From: Cyanophora paradoxa CCMP329
Lineage: Eukaryota > Plantae > Glaucophyta
Length of the DNA: 64,000 bases
Assembly (NCBI GenBank): GCA_004431415.1
Contig: QPMI01000113.1
Location: 186,001-250,000 of the forward strand
Direction of reading: 5' to 3'
The notes beneath the pieces were generated by a model that saw nothing but the letters and a program-made list of their open reading frames with translations, was not told the DNA's origin and did not search any database. A program made the position numbers and the translations under genes. Numbering within the stretch: position 1 is the stretch's first letter; each line of letters opens with the position of its first letter. Below are positions 1-11,281 of the stretch, piece by piece.

Positions 1-2527
1 GGCAAGTAAGATGGGAGAAGGATGCCTTCGTGGCAGTGTTCGACACGGCGAACCTGCACGAGGATGAGGCGCTGCCCATGGTGGGACGGGTCGCGAACTG
101 GCGCTCAGAGGCGGGCAGCATACGCGCGTACCAGTACCTCCTGCAGCACTGGGTGCCAGTGCCCGACGCGGCCGATCCGAACGCCGAGGGCGCAGGCCTG
201 TACTGTCGCTGCGACGGGCACTGTCAGAAAACGGAACCCAAGAAACGCAAACGAACGTACACGGCGATCCAGGGAAGCGGAAAGAACTACTGGCACCGCG
301 ACGCGCGATGCGAACATGCCGATCCGAGCCAGTGCACCGAGATGAGCCAATGCGACGGACCCTGGGCAGAGGGTCAGGGCTGGTGGGAAGACGAGGATGC
401 CCTCCTCGGACTGACCGGCGAGGTACTCGAGGAACCTATCCACATCACCAGGTCGGACACGGCTGGCGGCGGCCAGACGACGGCGTCAAAAAGAGGGCGC
501 AAGCAGACCCACACGGGCCCGACCCTTGCGTACTTTGACCCCGGCCTGCTGGACGAGCGGAAGCGCCAGCAACTGCTCCTCCTCGCCCGAGTGAAAGCAG
601 TCCAAGATGGAGATGAGCGGTTCCTCCGCAGCGCCCTACTCCCCGAGGCGGAAGCGGAGCTGCAAACAGCACTCGAGACGGCGTCGGCGGCGGAGCCGAG
701 GGCCGAACCGCTGGACGAGGCGCCGCCCGTTTCAAACCCCGCGAACTGAGAGATTTGTATCAGGCGAGCTTCGGGCCTGAGACTTGGAGCGAGCAGGACG
801 GCCAGTACTGGCAGCACGCACTCGCGCTCTGGGAGACGATCGAGAAGTACGAGCTCGAGAAACACGGTAGCGCGCATCCGAGGTTGCTGAACATATGGAC
901 GGATGGGAGCCTATTCCAGGGTCAGACGGAAAGCGCGCACGCGGGCTACGGCATTGTGATACCTGCGACCGCTGCGGACGGCGAGCGGCTGAACCCGGAC
1001 GAGGCTGCGACCGAATGCCTCGGCCGGCTCCGAGGACTCCAGGAGATCAATAAAGCTGAACTCCAAGCGGCGATCGTGGCAGACGTACTGGCACCGAACG
1101 GGATGCGCCTGCACACGGACAGTCAAAACGTCTGCACGTGGTACCAGAAGTTTGTGCGGAACGCACACCAGCAGCACGCGCGCGACTACGTCAGACACCC
1201 CTGCAACGCAGAGCTGTATGCGTGGTCGCGCTTCCGAGCCCTGATGCAACACCGGGAACACCGAAGAGCGGTGGCGCTCGTCAAGGTCAAGGCCCACAGC
1301 AAGAAGGAACCCCTCCACGAACTGAACGACGCGGCTGACAAGGCGGCCAAACGGGCGGCCAAGCTCGAGCCGCAGCCGCCAAACACGCTGACAGAGGACA
1401 TCTTCCTGCCGCCCGCTTTCAGCATGCCGGCGGTGCTGACGATCGAAGGGCCAGACAGAATAGTGCGGCGGGTGGAAGGCGACCCCCGGCGACACGCTGC
1501 TGTGCTGCACGCGCACCACACTCACTTTGCCTGGGAGAACCAGCTGAACGCGGGGGAATGGCTACGAGCGCCGGTGGACCACGGCGCAGTGTATGATCAG
1601 ATGGCAATGGGACCCCGCCGCGTCGCGGTGAGCCAAGAGAGCAACGGCTTCCGGGGTACCCACGCGAAGCTCGTACTGGGTACGGTGGCTACAGCGACGG
1701 TCCGCAAACGAGATGCGCCCGAGCTCTACAGTGAGATAAACCCCGGGGGGTTCTGCGCCCTCTGCAGCGTACGCCAGACCGATAGCGAGGGCCGGCCCCG
1801 GCTCGTGGCTGGTCCCGTGGAGACGCTCGAACATGCCCTCTCCTGCCCCAGCGCGCCAGCGGTAGCGGCACGCGCGGAAGCAGAAGCCAAAATAGCAGAG
1901 GTAGTCGCCAGCGAGCTACCGGAGGCGCTCAAGCGGACGGTACCGCACGCGCTTGCTACGTCTCTGAAAGTCACGCGCGTGGCTGACCTGACGCTCACAC
2001 AGACAGAGCGACAAACTCAGCTTTGGGTTTTGTACGGGCTGCCACCGGCCGGCCTCACTGATCTGATCCGCGAGACCGTCGAGGCCTAGGACGAGGCCCA
2101 GGCGGGCAAGATCGCCCGCAAGCTAACGAAAGCGATCGGTGAACAGGCGCACAAAACCTGGGCAGCACGGTGCAAAGCGTACGCAGACTGGGAGAAGGCG
2201 TGCGGGATCACGAAGATGATGAAAGAGCGATGCGCGAAGCCCCCACGCGCCGAGCCGCGCCCCCGAGAGACGGCCGCGAAACCTGGCGGGCACCGCCGCA
2301 AGCGCAGGAAACTCGCAATCGACGAGCCGGTACAGCCGCGCGAGCGCTGCGCGGAGTGCCATGCGCTTATGTCCAGGCACCGGGGTGGGGACGCCCTGGC
2401 CCTATCCTCACTGAGCTGCCCCCCAGACGATCACGGCTGGGTCCGGGCGGCGGAGGCAATGCAGGTGTACGACCACACCAACAGGTATGCATGGGGCGTG
2501 GGGACAGCAAGGACCAGACCACGTTAA
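1..2527 (+). pseudogene. LINE ORF2 C-terminal half (RNase H, zinc fingers), interrupted
   Basis: ORFs 30-749, 755-2089 and 2216-2527 are collinear with copy B. There is a 1-bp homopolymer frameshift near 737 and a 6-bp insertion (agg-cct-agg, 2082-2090) that creates a TAG stop. Confidence 0.88.
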
Positions 2528-2932
2528 ACGTTGAGAGGGGTGCTTTCTGGGGGGGGCTTGGGGGGCACGGCGGGGACAACAACACGAGGAGGACGCAAAC
2601 AGTGGAGCGGGAGCCAGCAGCCCGCTAAACAGGGGCTGGCCAGCAACATTTCTCTTTCAAACCTTTTCTTACCCTAGCTGCGGCGTGCTACGAGGATGGA
2701 GTAGGGCATCGCCAGCAGAGATTAGGACCTGACTTTCGTAGGACTTAGAAATGCAGCAAAGTAGACGTCACAGGAAATAGAAATGCAGTTGTAATGAGAT
2801 ATAGAATAACTAGATGTTTAGGCACAGCACGCGAGAGTCCTCATATTCTCTTCCTGGATACTGTTTTCAGTGAGGGTATGGTCGACGTTACAACTTCATT
2901 GTTGTATGGATGTGCTAATGCAAATCAAAAAA
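1..2932 (+). mobile_element. 3' part of non-LTR retrotransposon (copy A), runs off the left edge
   Basis: Near-identical to 31118-34042. Encodes RNase H (IWTDGS...NKAELQA...HTDSQ...KVKAH...NDAADKAAK) and a C-terminal CALC...ETLEHALSC zinc finger. Ends in CAAATCAAAAAA at 2921-2932. Confidence 0.93.
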
Positions 2933-3904
2933 GCTCCACGCACTCTCCGCGTTATCATAGTATCTGATTGACAAGGAGCATCAGCGGCTCGCCGTTCGCC
3001 TCGGCCGCGGGCGTGGGTTCGCTCATGATCACCGCGCCGAGTTGCAGCTCCAATGGACACCGCTTGCCGCCGCGCGGGGAACGCGTACAACTGCAGAAAA
3101 AAAATTTGCTCGGATAGGTCCGGCCAGGCAGGGAGGGGTGCGTACAACTGCAGAGGAGTCAAACACACGTCGAGAGGCGCTCGCGACTAGCGTGCGGCGC
3201 GCGGGCGGCACGAACCTCGAAAGATCTTTCGGCGCGCGGGCGCCGGCCGGGCCCGGGCCGACCGCGCCGGCGCGCGCGGGGCCGAAGCCGCGCGAGCTCT
3301 GGCGCAGAGAAGCATCTCCTCGGTAGCTACGATCGTCCTGAACAGCGGGCTCAGGCTGAACAGCGGGCTCAGGCTGACTCGCGCGCGCTGCGGAGCGCGG
3401 GCTGCAGCTGCACGCGTACGAAAGCGCTCGCGATCAAAAGCTTAAGCGGCCAGCGAGCTATAGCTAAGCAGCGCCGTTCGCTCTGAACTTAGAGCGGGAT
3501 CGGATCAAGCACCCTTAGAATAGGGCGGTGTAATGTTCTGCATGGCTTGGTGCGCAGACTCCGGAGCCCCGGAAGCGGTCCGGATCCGACATGTACATGT
3601 ACAGGGCCTGCACGTGCATGCACGTGCACGAGCTGCTGCAGGCGCTGCACGCCTGCTGCAACTGATGCAGTTCCGCTCATGTGAGGCGTGCAGCGATATC
3701 GATTGCAGACATGTACAGCTTGCATTTCAGGCACGACCAACGACATCTGGACTAGCCCTAGCAGCTGTCTGGCTAGCATGCGCAGTGGGCCGCCGGTCGA
3801 ATCGTAAGGGCTCAGTCAGATAGGCAAGTGACGTCGAAAATCGAAATCGAATACCGAAGCTCGAGATCGAAACCCTTTGCGGCCCTTTGCGCCGGCGCCC
3901 CGCC

Positions 3905-4345
3905 CCGCGCGCGCCTCGCGATCGTGGGGCTCGGAGCCCTCGCGATCGGGGGGCGCCCCGCCCTCGAAGTGGCGGAACTCGACCGCCTTGCGCTTCTCAG
4001 AGTCTCGATCTGGGCGAGGCCGGCTCGAGCTCGGAGGGCGGCAAGGCGGGCGGAGCCTCGGAGGGCGGGGAGGGGGGGCGCCTTGTAGCGGAGGCCGACG
4101 AATTCGAAGAGGAAGGCGATCCAGCCGCCCAGCGCGCACAGCTGCCGCCCCGCCCTTCAGCGCCCCCCGCTGGATTGGAATTCCGCGCGGGGGGCCGGCG
4201 GCCGCGGGGCGCACGAGGGCGATGGCGAGGACGGGCTTCCAGGCGGCCCCCGAGGCGGCGTGGGCGGCGAGGGCGCGCGCCGCGTGCACCACGGGCCCGA
4301 AGAAGAGGCACTGCGGGGCGCGCCGCTCGAGGCAGAGAGCGCAGT
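3905..4345 (-). pseudogene. Fragment of an intron-containing membrane-protein gene (also ~5795-6205, ~34995-35385, ~36835-37225)
   Basis: Spliced reading QCLFFGPVVHAARALAAHAASGAAWKPVLAIAL / LCALGGWIAFLFVGLRYKAPPLPALR...QIEKRKAVEFRHFEGG, with a GT..CTGAAG..CAG intron. No start or complete structure seen. Confidence 0.4.
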
Positions 4346-5215
4346 CAGCGTGCAGGGGTATGAGCACGAACTAGGGGGATATCTGAATAATCGGCTAGCG
4401 CTCGCTGACGTCGACCCGCACGCCGTCAGCCCGCTCGCTGGAAGTTTACCGCGGCACGCGCAGCCCCCACACAGCACCGGGCACAGAGCACGAATGGAGT
4501 CAGCGTTCACCCTCAGCGCTGTCGTTCGGCCGCAACCGGCATCCGGCGCGCAGCCTCAGCATGTCTCTCTCGGCTTCGCATCTTCCATATCTCTTTCGGA
4601 AGCTCCCCGAAGCTTCCCGTCAGCCAGGCGCTTCGTCTCTGGCCACAACCGCGTCTCCCTTAAGCTTCACCCGGCTCGCAACCGCGTCTTTGAGCCGAAG
4701 CCCGCACTCTCTTTCAGCATCAGCTGCAAGGCGCCGAAGACTCCGGAGGAAGACGGTGCGCCTTCAAAGCTTCTTCGCCGCATTTCCTCGCTTGCCGCAA
4801 CCGCTGATTATGATCTACCGCCATGCAGCTTTCAATCTCAGAGATTTTCTGGTCGATTACGAGAAGGAAACAGACGTCTCCAAGCGCTCTGAAATGCTGA
4901 CCGTCGTCCGCTTGCTGTTTCGCGCGTGTCATCCACAGCTTGCTCATATTCTTGCAGGCCTGTGCGAGGGTCGTGCAGGGATCGGCCCAGCTGTTCGTTC
5001 CCGAGCTCAAGGGCGAGCTGGCCGGACTCAAGGGTGAAGTGGCCGGACTCAAGGTTGGACTCTTGTTCCCCACGCCTTGTACTCTCAAATCCGATCCGTC
5101 ACTGACTTCGTGATATACATATATATAGTTCGCCGGCGGTTTCTTGGGCGTCGTGATCCTCCTCACTGCGATTGTGGCCAGCGTATTCAAGTTCGTGTAT
5201 TTTTCGGTGCTTCGT

Positions 5216-5591
5216 CACTCAGAATCTCACGTTTCTCTTTCATGCCACAGATGAGATGCTCTACTCCGCCCTTAGGGGTTGGCTCTACTGCTTCGGCCTT
5301 CACTTCCCGGCCACCGTGCGCACGCCCTCCCAAAAGTGTGCAATCACGAAGCAGATGCGATTCCGAGTGTGCTGAAGGCGCGGCCTTGCGAAAGCGCGAA
5401 GTGCGGTCTAGGCCCTACGCGGCGGCGCGCGGCACCTGCGCGAGGGGCGGCAGCTGGAGGGGGGCCCGCAGCGGGCTCGCGGCGGGCCGGCGGCGGGCCG
5501 GCTGGGGCGCGGCCGGGGCGGGCGGCCGCGGGGAGGGCGGGCTGACGACGAAGCGGACGAGGCATGAAAGAGAAACGTGAGATTCTGAGTG
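5216..5591. mobile_element. 376-bp MITE with perfect 31-bp TIRs beginning CACTC (CACTA/EnSpm-like ends)
   Basis: cactcagaatctcacgtttctctttcatgcc (5216-5246) is the exact reverse complement of 5561-5591. No TSD is retained (cgt / gca). Confidence 0.8.
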
Positions 5592-7092
5592 GCATGAAAC
5601 CCGATCAAAATTGCCTCCTGGAGCCGCAGCGCCTTGTCCCGATCGAGCGGGGCCGCCTCGAACGCCGCCAAGGCCTTGCAGCGGGCGTCGAGAACGAACT
5701 CGAACGAGACCCGATCGAGCGTCGAAAATCGAAATCGAATACCGAAGCTCGAGATCGAAACCCTTTGCGGCCCTTTGCACCGGCGCCCCGCCCCGCGCGC
5801 GCCTCGTGGGGCTCGGAGCCCTCGGGGGGCGCCCCGCCCTCGAAGTGGCGGAACTCGACCGCCTTGCGCTTCTCGATCTGGGCGAGGCCGGCTCGAGCTC
5901 GGAGGGCGGCAAGGCGGGCGGAGCCTCGGAGGGCGGGGAGGGGGGGCGCCTTGTAGCGGAGGCCGACGAAGAGGAAGGCGATCCAGCCGCCCAGCGCGCA
6001 CAGCTGCCGCCCCGCCCTTCAGCGCCCCCCGCTGGATTGGAATTCCGCGCGGGGGGCCGGCGGCCGCGGGGCGCACGAGGGCGATGGCGAGGACGGGCTT
6101 CCAGGCGGCCCCCGAGGCGGCGTGGGCGGCGAGGGCGCGCGCCGCGTGCACCACGGGCCCGAAGAAGAGGCACTGCGGGGCGCGCCGCTCGAGGCAGAGA
6201 GCGCAGTCAGCGTGCAGGGGTATGAGCACGAACTAGGGGGATATCTGAATAATCGGCTAGCGCTCGCTGACGTCGACCCGCACGCCGTCAGCCCGCTCGC
6301 TGGAAGTTTACCGCGGCACGCGCAGCCCCCACACAGCACCGGGCACAGAGCACGAATGGAGTCAGCGTTCACCCTCAGCGCTGTCGTTCGGCCGCAACCG
6401 GCATCCGGCGCGCAGCCTCAGCATGTCTCTCTCGGCTTCGCATCTTCCATATCTCTTTCGGAAGCTCCCCGAAGCTTCCCGTCAGCCAGGCGCTTCGTCT
6501 CTGGCCACAACCGCGTCTCCCTTCACCCGGCTCGCAACCGCGTCTTTGAGCCGAAGCCCGCACTCTCTTTCAGCATCAGCTGCAAGGCGCCGAAGACTCC
6601 GGAGGAAGACGGTGCGCCTTCAAAGCTTCTTCGCCGCATTTCCTCGCTTGCCGCAACCGCTGATTATGATCTACCGCCATGCAGCTTTCAATCTCAGAGA
6701 TTTTCTGGTCGATTACAAGAAGGAAACAGACGTCTCCAAGCGCTCTGAAATGCTGACCGTCGTCCGCTTGCTGTTTCGCGCGTGTCATCCACAGCTTGCT
6801 CATATTCTTGCAGGCCTGTGCGAGGGTCGTGCAGGGATCGGCCCAGCTGTTCGTTCCCGAGCTCAAGGGCGAGCTGGCCGGACTCGGGGGCGAGCTGGCC
6901 GGACTCAAGGGTGAAGTGGCCGGACTCAAGGTTGGACTCTTGTTCCCCACGCCTTGTACTCTCAAATCCGATCCGTCACTGACTTCGTGATATACATATA
7001 TATAGTTCGCCGGCGGTTTCTTGGGCGTCGTGATCCTCCTCACTGCGATTGTGGCCAGCGTATTCAAGTTCGTGTATTTTTCGGTGCTTCGT

Positions 7093-7468
7093 CACTCAGA
7101 ATCTCACGTTTCTCTTTCATGCCACAGATGAGATGCTCTACTCCGCCCTTAGGGGTTGGCTCTACTGCTTCGGCCTTCACTTCCCGGCCACCGCGCGCAC
7201 GCCCTCCCAAAAGTGTGCAATCACGAAGCAGATGCGATTCCGAGTGTGCTGAAGGCGCGGCCTTGCGAAAGCGCGAAGTGCGGTCTAGGCCCTACGCGGC
7301 GGCGCGCGGCACCTGCGCGAGGGGCGGCAGCTGGAGGGGGGCCCGCAGCGGGCTCGCGGCGGGCCGGCGGCGGGCCGGCTGGGGCGCGGCCGGGGCGGGC
7401 GGCCGCGGGGAGGGCGGGCTGACGACGAAGCGGACGAGGCATGAAAGAGAAACGTGAGATTCTGAGTG
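7093..7468. mobile_element. CACTC-ended MITE, copy 2
   Basis: Same 31-bp TIRs, carried within the 1.87-kb duplication. Confidence 0.8.
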
Positions 7469-7870
7469 GCATGAAACCCGATCAAAATTGCCTCCTGGAG
7501 CCGCAGCGCCTTGTCCCGATCGAGCGGGGCCGCCTCGAACGCCGCCAAGGCCTTGCAGCGGGCGTCGAGAACGAACTCGAACGAGACCCACTTTGGTCCG
7601 CGCCGCTTCCAACGTTTTAACCCCTCTGCTGCTCCTTCTCCTTTTCGAGCTGCGTCTTCAGGTTGCGGAGCGGGCGGAGGTGCGGTCCCTCGGCCCCCGG
7701 CGCGCCCCCTAGCGTCCGGGCGTACACGAAGCAGTTCGCCTGCATCACGCTCTGGGTGTACCCCGCCAATGTCGCGGGCGCCAACCGCCTCTCCTCGCGC
7801 AGGTAGCGGAGGAAGCGGATCCCGGAGGTAGACGTCGATGAAATCGTTTCGAGCCAGGAGATACCGGGGA
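7469..7870 (-). pseudogene. Tyrosine-recombinase-like N-terminal remnant
   Basis: Frameshifted reading RNDFIDVYL/RFLRYLREERRLAPATLAGYTQSVMQANCFVY...LRNLKTQLEKEKEQQR/KWVSFEFVLDARCKALAAFE...ALRLQEAILIGFHA resembles the XerC/D-type SAM-like core-binding helix. The MITE cuts it before any catalytic R-H-R-Y residues. Confidence 0.5.
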
Positions 7871-7879
7871 GGGCGGGGG

Positions 7880-10805
7880 CGCCGGGGGCGTCGGCGGCGG
7901 CCGCGCTTGGCCCCGCGGCCTCTCGTTGACGCGCCTGCGGGGGCGGGCGGCGGTGAGGGCGGCGCGTGGCGGGGCGGGAAGGCCGCCGGGCGGACTCCGG
8001 GGCGACGTGGGTGAGGTTGAAGTCGAGGATGGCGGCCGAGATGGCGCGCGACTGCTCCGCCGCCTCCCGCCCCGCCCCTCCTCTCCCGCCACCAGCCACG
8101 GCGCCACCGACCTGCCCCCGCCCCCGCCGCGTGAGCCCCCGGGGGGCGCGGGGCGGGGCGCGGGGCGGGGCACATGGCGGGGGTGAGGCAGCCGGGGCCG
8201 GGGAGGGGCTCGAGCCCGGCTGCGGCGTCCCCGCCGTCGCCTGCGCGTCCAGCAGGAAGGCCCCCGTCGCGTCTGCCGCCCCCCGTCCCCGCCCCCCTCG
8301 GCCCCTCGCGCGCGCCGGGGGCGGCGGCGGGGGGCGCACGCTCGTCCATGTAGCGCATGAACTCGGCGTAGTTGATGAAGGGCCCGCCGCCCTCCTCGCC
8401 GCCCTCGTCGAGGGCGGCGAGCACCTCGTGCACGGCGGGGCGCGCCGCGGCGATGCCCATGCGGGAGAGCCCCGCCGAGAACTCCTCCTCGGTGAGGAAC
8501 CCGTCCCCGTCCCCGTCCAGCGAGATGAAGACCTTCCCCTGCGCCCGCCCCCGCGTCGCGCCCCCTGCGCGCCGCGCGAGCGGCCCCGCGCGCACCATGC
8601 GGTTGCGGGCGGCCTTCTGCTGCACGTACGTGCGCATCGCCTCGAGCAGCCGGCGCGCCTCGGGCGTCAGCGCCGGGTCCGCCAGCAGCGCCCTCCGCTT
8701 GAACGCCCCGTGCGCCCCGTGGCCCATGTTGAAGGCGTTCCCCGCCGTGGGGGGCGCCCTGGGGCCCGCCTTGCCGCCGGCGAGGGCGAGGCTCCCCTCC
8801 GACTTGCTCAGGGCGCGCAGCATGGCGGCGTAGTCGAGGCGGCCGCCGCCGTCGGGGGCGGGGAAGCGCGCCGCGAGCTCCTCGGCGGTCGCGAGGGGCA
8901 CGTCCATGTAGTAGAGCTCCCGCAGCGCCTCCCGCACGCCGGCCGCGCTCACCAGCCCCTCGCTCCGCTCGTCCAGCCGCCCCAGCGCCTTCCTCAGCCG
9001 GCCCCCCTCCTGCGCCACCTTCGAGTGCAGCGTCCGCAGCAGCCGCCGCGCCGGCTCGCTCAGGGGGCGCTGCTTGCCGCGCAGGAGGGGCACGTAGGAC
9101 TGGGCCGGGGAGGGGGAGCGCAGGGAGGCGCCCCACGAGGCCGAGGGCGACTCCGGGAGGTGCGCGCCCCGCGGCGCGTGCGGCAGCGCCGGCTCGGGGC
9201 TCGAGGCGGGGCGGCCCTGCGAGGGCGAGGGCGGGCGCGGCGGGGCGGCCGCCGGCATGGAGGCCGCCGAGGAGGGGGCCGGGGAGGGGGAGCACACGAG
9301 GGGGGCCGGCGGCGCGGAGGGGGAGCGCTGGAGGAGCGGGGGCGGGGTCCGCGGCACGCGGAGGCCCCGGAGGAAGGAGGCCTCGGGGAAGGGCGTGTAG
9401 GCGTGCGACGGTCGCCCGCTGTACACGTGCGCCAGCGGGCCCGCCACCGCCTGGCCCCGCCCCCAGTCGCCCCAGCCCCGCCCCCAGGGCGTGGCGGCGC
9501 GGCGGCGGGAGGGCGCACGGGCTTCTTCTTCGTGGCGGGGGTCGTGTCGATGGCGTCGGGGGCCGTCCGCGGCCGCCCAGTCGCCCCCGTCGCCGACGCC
9601 GCCCCTGCCCCGCCCGCCCGCCCGCGTGAGGGGCGAGGGCGGGGCGAGGGGGCGGCCGGCTGCCGGGCACCCTCGGGCTCGGCGAGGGGAGGGCGCGCGG
9701 GGACTCCGGCTCGGGGCTGATGCCGTGCTCCTGGGGCGCGAGGGGGCGGGCCGGGGTGAGGGCGCCCTGGGGAGGGCGGCGCGAGGGCGGGGGGCGGCGG
9801 GGCGCACGGTGTGGGCGAGGTGGTCCCGCACGTAGGAGGGCACCGGCTGCGCGGGGGCCGAGTAGTTGCCCCTGCCGCCGCGCTCCGTCAGGGGCGGGGG
9901 CGTGGGGCCGGGGGCGGGGGCGGGGCGGGGGCGGGGTCACCCGGCGGCGTCGGTGAGGCTGGCGAGGAACTCCATGTAGTCGATGGAGCCCGAGCCGTCG
10001 GCGTCCACGTGCCGCAGGATCCGCCCCAGCACCTCCCCCGACACCTGCCGTCCCGCTCGGCCCCGGCCCCGCCCCCGCCTCCCCCGCCCGCCCCCGCGGG
10101 GGCGCGCCTTGGCGTGGAAGAACTCGAGGACCTTCGCCAGCTCCTCCGCGCTCACGACGCCTGCCCGCCCCCCGCCGCCCCCTCGGCCCCCCGCGCAGCG
10201 CCGGCGCCCTGGAGGGGCGGAGCGGGCCCCCCGCACCGTCCCGGTTCGCGTCGTACTTCAGGAACTGCGTGCGGAACTGCAACCCGTGCTGTCGCGCCTG
10301 CGCCCGCTGCTCCCCCGCCCCCGCGTCAGCGCCCGGGGACGGCGCCGTCTGAGAAAGCGGCCGGGCGCACGAGCAGCTCGAGGTAGCGCTTGACTTCGGC
10401 GTCCTGCGCGCCACGGGGCCGTCAGACCGGCTCGTCGCAGCTAAGCTAAGGCGCGGGGCGAGCCTTGGGGTCCACTTTGACGAGGGGGCGCACGCCCTCG
10501 TTGCGGTTGGGCATGTGGCGCCCCGGGAAGGCAGCGCCGTCGAAGACGATGTGGTCTGCATGCGGGGCCGCCGTGAGCGCCCCGGGGCGCCCGCGAGGCC
10601 GCCCGGCGTGCAGCCGGCGTCGGGCGCCGAGCGGGGCGCACCGACGTTGGCGGTCATGGCCCCGTCCTCCTTGAAGCCGCGCTTGCCCCCGCTGCGACGC
10701 AGCTGAGCCGTTGGCCACGCGGCACCCCGCCGCGGGCGGCCTACTGGAAGTCGGCGCCAGCCTGAGGAACCAGCCCGGGACCGATGTGGGATGCCGAGGA
10801 AGCAT
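7880..10805 (-). pseudogene. Multi-EF-hand calcium-binding protein gene, many introns, 3' end replaced (copy 1)
   Basis: Exons YDANRDG/VVSAEEL, VDADGSGSIDYMEF, LDERSEGLVS, LDGDGDGFLTEEEF and GPFINYAEF. The last recognisable exon runs into the YR remnant near 7870. Start codon uncertain. Confidence 0.78.
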
Positions 10806-11281
10806 GGTGGAGGACCTTGGGGGCGGGCGGCGTGCTCCCTCGCGACCCCGACCTCTGCGCGGAGAGTGAGTCGCGGCGGGCTAGCTAGCAATGAAAGCTG
10901 GACTCTTAGCTAAGGATATGAGCGGGGCGTATAGGGGCCGAGGCTCGGGGAAGCCGGCCCGATCGGTGCCCGCAGCACGAGGCGGCAGCCGTTTCCACAC
11001 GTTGTTGCGTATCCCACGCACAGATAAATTCGTTTTCTCGCCTCCAGGAGGCCGCGTTCGACCTGTCATCGCTCTGTTGCTCTGTTCTTAGATTGCTCTG
11101 TGACTGTAACCCCCTGGGCAGGCATTCGTGTACCCAGCCTTCGTCGTGGCTTAGTCTGCGCGTTAGGATAGAGGCAAGGTAACTAGGTCCCTCGCGGGCG
11201 TGGCGTATGCGCTAGGCGAGCTACGGATGCTTTAGGCTCAGCCGGCGTGGCCGTCTTCAGCACAACTTGACACACGGCCGC

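Larger units (their letters stand above)
3832..7589. repeat. ~1.87-kb tandem duplication (3832-5712 / 5720-7589)
   Basis: Duplicated ORFs at offset ~1862-1877. Junction filler gatcgag at 5713-5719. Confidence 0.93.

Noticed and set aside
7285-10891. Very long ORFs (852, 1048 and 1149 aa, and similar Arg/Pro/Gly-rich ORFs throughout)
   Set aside because: These are read-through of stop-poor GC-rich introns and shadow frames. Only short stretches correspond to real exons.
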